Below are positions 57,860 through 64,000 of a stretch of 64,000 bases of DNA, piece by piece. The notes under the pieces are model-generated. The model searched no databases and was not told the DNA's origin. It saw only the letters and a program-made list of their open reading frames with translations. Made by a program: the position numbers and the translations under genes. Within the stretch, counting starts at the first letter, position 1; each line of letters starts with the position of its first letter. Source of the stretch: Calditrichales bacterium (GTDB lineage Bacteria > Calditrichota > Calditrichia > Calditrichales > J004); the NCBI GenBank assembly GCA_965267575.1, contig OZ254086.1:4668521-4732520 (forward strand), in the 5' to 3' direction.

Positions 57860-60226
57860 CTACTTCAAAATTACCATCCGCTTTGTTTGCGTAAAGCCAC
57901 TGCTCCTGAAGACATAAATGTAGAGTCCGCTTGAAAGCCCCGCTGCATCAAATTTAACCCGTTTCTGTCCGGCATTTTGAGGCCCGTCAATCAAGGTAGC
58001 CACTTTTTGCCCCAAGATATTGTAAACCACAAGCGAAACGCGGGCACTGTGCGGTAGATCGTAACGAATAGTTGTTGTCGGATTAAAAGGATTGGGATAA
58101 TTCTGGTACAAGGCGAACGTCTCAGAGGCCAGTCGCGGTTTCTCCTCAAGTGATGTTGCTCCTAGGTTATCGTAAAGGTAAGCCGCGCCATCCCCCGAAG
58201 AGGGTGCTCCAACAACAACATTTCCATCGGAAACTGCCGCACTAAAGCCAAAACCATCACCCGGGCTAAGTCCCGAAGCGGCCAAGGCTGTTTCACTCCA
58301 AACATCGCCTTCTTTAGTGTATAAAGTTGCGGCGCCCGTTCCGGCGGTTGTATCCGCGCCGACAACAAGATGTTCACCTGAAATGCTTACAGAAATGCCA
58401 CCGATAAATACACTACCGTCGTCAGTAGCAACGTCAAAGCCGCTCCAGTTCTGTTCTTCAACCCAGCTTGCGCCGTCATGGTTAAACAAATAGGCTCTGG
58501 CGCTGCCTCCGTTTAGCTCCGCCACAACAATACGGTCACCATCGATGTCCACCGCGTGACCAAAATTTCCATTAGTTACAGGCGCTGCGGCGTTTATCCT
58601 GACAATTTCCTCCCAGTCATCCTGCTGCTTTTCAAAAACATACACCGCCCCGGCACGCCCCGCTTGCGGTAAGGAGTCATTCGGCGCACCAACAACTATG
58701 TGATTTTCAGAAACAGAAACACTGTGTCCGAAGAACTCGCCTCCGTCCGAATACGCAGCAGAAATTTTTTGGGCAAGGGGCCAGGTGCCGCTGGCGTTAT
58801 CACGTTCATAAATATAAACCGAACCACCTGGCGCGCCGGTATTTCGCGCTCCGACAACAGCAACATCACCGTATATGGCAACACTGTAACCATAAAATGC
58901 AAAAATCCACTTATCTTCCTGGGGCAATTCCAGCGTGGCTTCCAGATCTATAGAGTTGTTTTGAGCATCAATGTTCCAAATGGCGGCACGGCCTTCAAAG
59001 CCTGTTCCTGCACCGTAGGAGCCGCTTATTAGACGGTTACCATCCATATCCAGACTGCTCCCGAGAGCATCAAGACCGAGATCGCCCCATGGGGGAGAAA
59101 CGGCGCCACCCACAGCCCTCCAGCCACTCTGATCTTTGGCATAGGCATGGAAATAACCGGCGGAATTGCCTGGCTCGCCCACGGCCATATAATCACCTGA
59201 AATAGCAACCGCCGCGCCAAAATTGCTTTCGCTGGTCACGTTTTCCGGAGTAAAAAGCTTCTGCATCTGAAGGACACTTGCACTTGTTTTTTTCAACACC
59301 GAACCGTCACGTCCGGCTATCCAGATATTTTGCGGATCGACGTAAGCGATCGATTTAAAAGAATTCGTTTGCGCATCATGACTCTGCTCGTTCCAGCTCT
59401 CTCCACCGTCAGCTGTATAAAAAATCTTTCCATCACCGCCGGCAATATTTTCGGTAACCAGCCAGCCTTCATTGGCGTTCGTAAAATGAACATCAAAAAC
59501 AAGCTCATTGGGAAATGTTTTCTGTGAAGACCAGTTTTTCCCGCCATCAGACGTCTTTAATAACAGTCCTTTACCGGACGCCCAGCCATTGCTTTCATCG
59601 ATAAAACTTAGGCCGAAAAGAGTGCTGCCTGTATTTGTAGTTGCTTCGGGCCAGGAGCTCCCACCATTACTGGTATAAACTCCAAATCCCGAATAACCGA
59701 CTGCAACAGCTTTGGTATCATCAAACACATAGCCTGCATAAAAATCAGCCCACTGGTTTGTAGCTTGTTCCGTCCAGTTTTCCCCGCCATCACTGGTGTG
59801 ATAAATTTTTCCCTCACCGGCAAAAATCCAGCCCCTCATAGCGTCAGCAAAATGGATATCCAGCAGATAGGTATCCAGTTTCTTTTTAACGCTCCAGCTA
59901 GTGCCACCATCGGATGTATAAAACAGATTTCCGTCGCCGGCTACAGCCCAGCCGTTAGTAGCATCATGAAAGAACAAACTGTATATCGTATCATCGGTAT
60001 CGGCCTTACGTACAATCCAGGTTTGCCCGCCATCCGTCGTGCGCAACACAGAGCCTTGCTCTCCGGCCGTCCAGCCGTATTGGGTGTCTAGGAAAAATAT
60101 GTCTTCCGCCTGAAAATCAGACGGTACCTGCTGCTGCTGCCAGTCCATTTCAGCACTAGCCAGTAGTGCCAAAGCTAAAACTAGCAAAAGCGAGAAACTA
60201 AGTATACGTGTGTTAAAATCCTTCAT
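57860..60226 (-). CDS. Secreted YCF48/BNR-repeat + FG-GAP-repeat protein with a T9SS-type C-terminal domain
   Basis: F.D...GW...T.DGG..W repeats; FG.SV.....VVGAP repeats; QNYPNPFNP. Confidence 0.9.
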   Translation of the reverse strand: MKDFNTRILSFSLLLVLALALLASAEMDWQQQQVPSDFQAEDIFFLDTQYGWTAGEQGSVLRTTDGGQTWIVRKADTDDTIYSLFFHDATNGWAVAGDGNLFYTSDGGTSWSVKKKLDTYLLDIHFADAMRGWIFAGEGKIYHTSDGGENWTEQATNQWADFYAGYVFDDTKAVAVGYSGFGVYTSNGGSSWPEATTNTGSTLFGLSFIDESNGWASGKGLLLKTSDGGKNWSSQKTFPNELVFDVHFTNANEGWLVTENIAGGDGKIFYTADGGESWNEQSHDAQTNSFKSIAYVDPQNIWIAGRDGSVLKKTSASVLQMQKLFTPENVTSESNFGAAVAISGDYMAVGEPGNSAGYFHAYAKDQSGWRAVGGAVSPPWGDLGLDALGSSLDMDGNRLISGSYGAGTGFEGRAAIWNIDAQNNSIDLEATLELPQEDKWIFAFYGYSVAIYGDVAVVGARNTGAPGGSVYIYERDNASGTWPLAQKISAAYSDGGEFFGHSVSVSENHIVVGAPNDSLPQAGRAGAVYVFEKQQDDWEEIVRINAAAPVTNGNFGHAVDIDGDRIVVAELNGGSARAYLFNHDGASWVEEQNWSGFDVATDDGSVFIGGISVSISGEHLVVGADTTAGTGAATLYTKEGDVWSETALAASGLSPGDGFGFSAAVSDGNVVVGAPSSGDGAAYLYDNLGATSLEEKPRLASETFALYQNYPNPFNPTTTIRYDLPHSARVSLVVYNILGQKVATLIDGPQNAGQKRVKFDAAGLSSGLYIYVFRSSGFTQTKRMVILK

Positions 60227-60336
60227 AGCTCCTCCTTCAAGGGTGTGGTTGGTTGACTAACACTGCCTGAAAGATGCTGCGAGAAGGCTGTCGGGTCTTG
60301 TCGTTTTCTTGCAAATACTTGTTATTTCTTTGCAGG
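60221..60336 (-). promoter_or_regulatory. Conserved leader, copy B, with 21-bp-period direct repeats
   Basis: cttgtcgttttcttgcaaat (60297) and cttgttatttctttgcagg (60318). Confidence 0.75.
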
Positions 60337-60735
60337 AGAGGCAAAACGGAGTAGGATGAGTTCGACTTGCAAATAAGCATACCTTATCTATCCACGCTAC
60401 CATCTGCCTGGCCACGAGCTCATGCGAAGTGGCTACACTTGTCATGTGAAAAAAATAATTTTTTTAGGCTTATGTATTACGTATGTTTTTAAAATATCAT
60501 ACAAATATTTTTTTATCGCCGAAACGGACATGTTACGACCGAGATACAGGAGCAATCGGTGATTTATAAAGAGCAGTTGTTTTTGTGAAGTTTTGCGACC
60601 TTCTATATGGACATCTTTGCCAAGATTCTTGCAAAAAATGTGAATTGTTTGTTTCCATGGTTCTGGTTATTACCAAGTATGCAATGACCTTCAACTTCAA
60701 ACCATATGCTGTACTATAGAAGATAGAAGGTAAAA

Positions 60736-61899
60736 ATGAATTCATTATTTCAATCAAAACTTCGGCACCAAGCTTTCGGCGTCTTTTCCATCATTTTTCT
60801 AAATATGTTATTTATGCTTGGATGCGGCCCTTCAACAGCCGATCTCAAGGCGATAAGCTATGCACCGATAGACAGAGATGACTGGAAGATTTCAACACCT
60901 ACCCAGCAAGAATTAAATCCGATGCTTATCGCGGAGCTGTATTACGATGCAGGCAAACTAGAAACAATTTACAGTTTACTGGTTGTTAAAAACGGTTATT
61001 TGGTTGCTGAAAAGTACTTTAATGATGGATCAATCAACCAGAAGGACCGAATTCAGTCTGCGACAAAGAGCGTCACATCGGCACTGGTTGGAATTGCTAT
61101 TGATAAAGGCTTCCTATTGAGCGTAGACCAAAAAATGTATGAATTCTTTCCGGAAGTCGCCGACCAGATTACTGATCAAAGGAAGAAGCAAATTACGATA
61201 CAACATCTATTGCAAATGCGTGCCGGATATCCTTGGGAGGAGAGCGATCCTGACCTCTGGAATGGCCTTTTGTCTGGTCATTACCCGCCACTTATAGAAA
61301 AATTTCCGCTTGTCAACGATCCGGGCACCAGGTTTCATTACAGTAATTTATCGTCCAACTGGTTAGGGATCATTGTTGACAGAGCCAGTGGAATGAGCTT
61401 AATGACTTTTGCCGAAAAGTATCTTTTTTCTCCACTTGACATTAAGGCGGGTGAATGGGGACAAGACGCGGAGGAACACAATAACGGCTGTGGGGATCTA
61501 CACTTAACTGCAAGCGATGCTGCAAAATTCGGTCTGCTATATATTAATGATGGTTTATACAATGGAAATCAAATAATACCGGCTAGTTGGGTGCGTGATT
61601 CGCATAATACCTATTCGGTAAATGAAGCATTCGTAAAAAGCGTAGGCCATTTTCATGAGATCGGCTATGGATATCAATGGTGGTCTGCTAATGTTGACAA
61701 TTATCGCGTTAATTTCGCTTGGGGACATGGCGGCCAATTGATTGTACTACAAGATAAACTCGATTTAATAATTGTTGTTACCGCCTATCCATTTTGGCTT
61801 GAGCATAATAGTGAATCTTGGAAAAACGAAAAAGCGATTATCAAACTCGTTGGTAAATTCATTAATTCATTATCGGGAAGCGATCAATACATTGATTAA
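60736..61899 (+). CDS. Serine hydrolase (beta-lactamase/AmpC-like family) lipoprotein
   Basis: Lipobox MLGC; SATK (SxxK), YSN, YGYQWW, AWGHGGQ. Confidence 0.9.
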   Translation: MNSLFQSKLRHQAFGVFSIIFLNMLFMLGCGPSTADLKAISYAPIDRDDWKISTPTQQELNPMLIAELYYDAGKLETIYSLLVVKNGYLVAEKYFNDGSINQKDRIQSATKSVTSALVGIAIDKGFLLSVDQKMYEFFPEVADQITDQRKKQITIQHLLQMRAGYPWEESDPDLWNGLLSGHYPPLIEKFPLVNDPGTRFHYSNLSSNWLGIIVDRASGMSLMTFAEKYLFSPLDIKAGEWGQDAEEHNNGCGDLHLTASDAAKFGLLYINDGLYNGNQIIPASWVRDSHNTYSVNEAFVKSVGHFHEIGYGYQWWSANVDNYRVNFAWGHGGQLIVLQDKLDLIIVVTAYPFWLEHNSESWKNEKAIIKLVGKFINSLSGSDQYID

Positions 61900-62013
61900 C
61901 TTTTTAGGTTTACCTCGCCGTTGTCACCGATTTAAATCCTATTCTGTTTCAACCGATGAGTATAGGCGCCTAGCTCTACAAAATGTTGATGGCATAAATG
62001 ATCTGATTCATTA

Positions 62014-62730
62014 ATGTGGAGAAAAAAGATGGATAATGCTTCAATCGAATCATCACGACTTTACGCAAGGATCGCTGGATTTTCATACATAGTAACAATG
62101 ATGCTCGGAATATTTAGTGTTAATTTTGTAGAATCAAAGATTATTATTCCAGATAATAATATGGCCACCCTTTTAAATATCGAACAGAATGAATTCCTAT
62201 TTCGAATTGGTGTAGCTAGTGAAATTTTGATGTATCTATTAGTAATTTTGCTGGCATTCTCTTTATATGTGGTATTGAAGTCCATTGATAAAAATTTAGC
62301 TTTTCTTGCATTATTATGGAGAATTGGAGAAGCAATAATTGGAAGTGCTTCAATACTTTTGAGTGGTTTAATACCAATATTATTAATGAAAAACGGATCA
62401 TTATTTAAGCCTGAAGAACTTCAAACACTTGTAAAGCTATTTCTTGATTTGCGTAGTTCAGGATTGGATATAGTCCTTATTTTTATTGGAATGGGAGGGA
62501 CAATCTTTTGTTATCTTTTTTATAAATCAGGATATATTCCAAAGTTTTTGGCATTTTGGGGAGTCATAACTTATTTAGTAATGCTCATTCTTTCTCTTAC
62601 TTCTATCTTAACCCCGATATCAGATAACATAAAACTGGCATTCTACGCACCCGGAGGATTATTCGAGCTATTATTGGGTTTATGGCTTTTAATAAAATCA
62701 ATTAAAATTGAACCACAATTAAGCGCCTGA
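62014..62730 (+). CDS. DUF4386-like membrane protein
   Basis: ARIAG..Y, LFR.G, YLFYKSGYIPK.L..WG, FELLLG.WLLIK. Confidence 0.8.
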   Translation: MWRKKMDNASIESSRLYARIAGFSYIVTMMLGIFSVNFVESKIIIPDNNMATLLNIEQNEFLFRIGVASEILMYLLVILLAFSLYVVLKSIDKNLAFLALLWRIGEAIIGSASILLSGLIPILLMKNGSLFKPEELQTLVKLFLDLRSSGLDIVLIFIGMGGTIFCYLFYKSGYIPKFLAFWGVITYLVMLILSLTSILTPISDNIKLAFYAPGGLFELLLGLWLLIKSIKIEPQLSA

Positions 62731-62835
62731 CTAAAAATAGGTTCAATGTCGGCACGCTTGCTTTAGGCGCCATTAGTATCATTTTACGGCACATTAAGTA
62801 GCTTTTGTGAGTGTTGATCTGTCAGGCCATCGGAA

Positions 62836-62985
62836 ATATCCAAGCATCTTCGAAAAGCTTTATCCAAAAAGATTGGCAAGATTCACGGTCGGGGTGGTGC
62901 GGCAAGTTTGCTCGATATCAATCCAAGCATACTAAGAAACAAGTTGAATAAACTGGGGATAGAGTATAGACAAAATTATGCTTAA
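62836..62985 (+). pseudogene. C-terminal HTH remnant of an FhlA-type sigma54 activator
   Basis: Manual translation ISKHLRKALSKKIGKIHGRGGAASLLDINPSILRNKLNKLGIEY. Confidence 0.75.
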
Positions 62986-63304
62986 AAGTTACAGCATATA
63001 AATAAGCCAATAATAACCATTTGTGTCCCACCGTGGGAATCCCTTAACGCTAAAACAGCTTCATCTGCCGCTGCTCGAACTGAAACATCTTGACCAGGTT
63101 ATCAAATTTCTCGCGGTAGCGACTGGCAAACTTCCAGCTTAAAAAGTCTTCGGAGTGAGATACGTCGAATATAGGGAACTTTCGCACTTAATACTTAGTC
63201 AGGCTGCTGTTCCTTTTCAGCTTATTCTGTTTCGAGTCTTGATAACCTTGTCGGATCACAGAATAGTATCATATCATGATTCTCAAGACTAAGACTAAAC
63301 GCGT

Positions 63305-64000
63305 TTAATTATTTGGCCTATTTTTAAGCTGGTACTCATACAAAGATTGTACTTTAATATTGGCGCGATTTATACCTTCAAAGTAGGTATTGATTGGGTA
63401 ATCAATTTTGATCGGATAATTGGCATGCAAGCCGACCAAGCGTGCCGAGGGGCTGTCCGTAACGCCTTTTATATAAATGGTATCCTGCGCGGTATTCTCA
63501 AAAAGGAACTGAAAACGAATATTCCATAGCACCGGAAAGGCCGCGTGCGAAGGCAGCCAGTACTTCGCACCGCCCATGGTGAGGGGTTCATGCTCCGGAT
63601 CGGCAATGTAAAGCAGGCAATTGTCGAATAAATTCTGGTAATTCAATCCGCTATGCTGATCGAGGGAAGGCATTTGGGTTACCGTACAATTTGTGTAAAC
63701 GCAGGAGCGTGAGCCCGTATTAAAAGTGAGCGAGTGAACAACCGGCGCCTGGATGTACAGATCTTTCGCCAGCATGTTATAACAATCTCCGAAATGAACG
63801 GCATAATGGTATTTACGGCCATAAGTCTGAATATTTTTAAAAGTAATATTGGAACACATATCGGTTAAAATACCGCTGTCGCCGTTTCGGAAGCTTACGT
63901 TTCTCACCCAGCTGTGCGTTGTATTGGTCAGATAAATCGCATTAAAGCCGTACTCAACGTGGTGCGCATTGTATTCCTGATATAAAAATTCAAAGGCAAT
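63305..64000 (-). CDS. 3' part of a parallel beta-helix (pectate-lyase-like, DUF4955-like) protein, partial
   Basis: W..NV.F.N.D, LDQHSG..QNLFDN, VLWNI, SLYEYQL..R. Confidence 0.7.
   Translation of the reverse strand: MAFEFLYQEYNAHHVEYGFNAIYLTNTTHSWVRNVSFRNGDSGILTDMCSNITFKNIQTYGRKYHYAVHFGDCYNMLAKDLYIQAPVVHSLTFNTGSRSCVYTNCTVTQMPSLDQHSGLNYQNLFDNCLLYIADPEHEPLTMGGAKYWLPSHAAFPVLWNIRFQFLFENTAQDTIYIKGVTDSPSARLVGLHANYPIKIDYPINTYFEGINRANIKVQSLYEYQLKNRPNN

Noticed and set aside
60585..60645. A third copy of the two-component direct repeat
   Set aside because: Only TTGC(A) half-matches, without the 21-bp period or the rest of the leader
60736..61899. A true beta-lactamase resistance gene
   Set aside because: Has SxxK and YxN but WGHGG rather than KTG; fits general esterase/amidase members of the family

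Overview
64 kb of a bacterial chromosome, probably from Calditrichota or a related FCB-group lineage. This is inferred from five proteins with the 'LxQNYPNPFNPxTxIxY/F' C-terminal secretion-type tail, a SusC/SusD pair and a hybrid two-component system. GC-richer core-like DNA (about 11.8-36.7 kb) carries a SWIM-SNF2 helicase, an IspZ-NUDIX fusion, a crotonase, susCD, a porin/FMN-binding/membrane trio, rarD and arsR-arsM. It is flanked by AT-richer accessory DNA. Main observations: (1) A czcCBA-like metal cluster with a His/Met-rich secreted protein and a CDF transporter lies between a near-canonical attC site (2804-2900) and an attI-like site (about 11625-11648) with matching 9-bp cores. It looks like an unusually large (about 8.8 kb) integron-type cassette, with no integrase nearby. 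(2) An ECF sigma / anti-sigma-TPR / CHAT protease locus has three copies of a TGAGA-N17-NNCTCT motif, each inside a co-varying hairpin. They point at a circularly permuted Glu->Lys amidase-like gene, at the anti-sigma operon and at an ORF-free structured region. (3) A sigma54 activator, a small wHTH protein and an 1816-aa toxin-like protein with a C-terminal HExxH domain form a module. (4) A leader of about 115 bp with 21-bp-period direct repeats is duplicated upstream of the two secreted beta-propeller genes flanking the hybrid two-component gene. Several recombinase and regulator remnants are also present. All calls come from motifs read by eye; no database searches were run.
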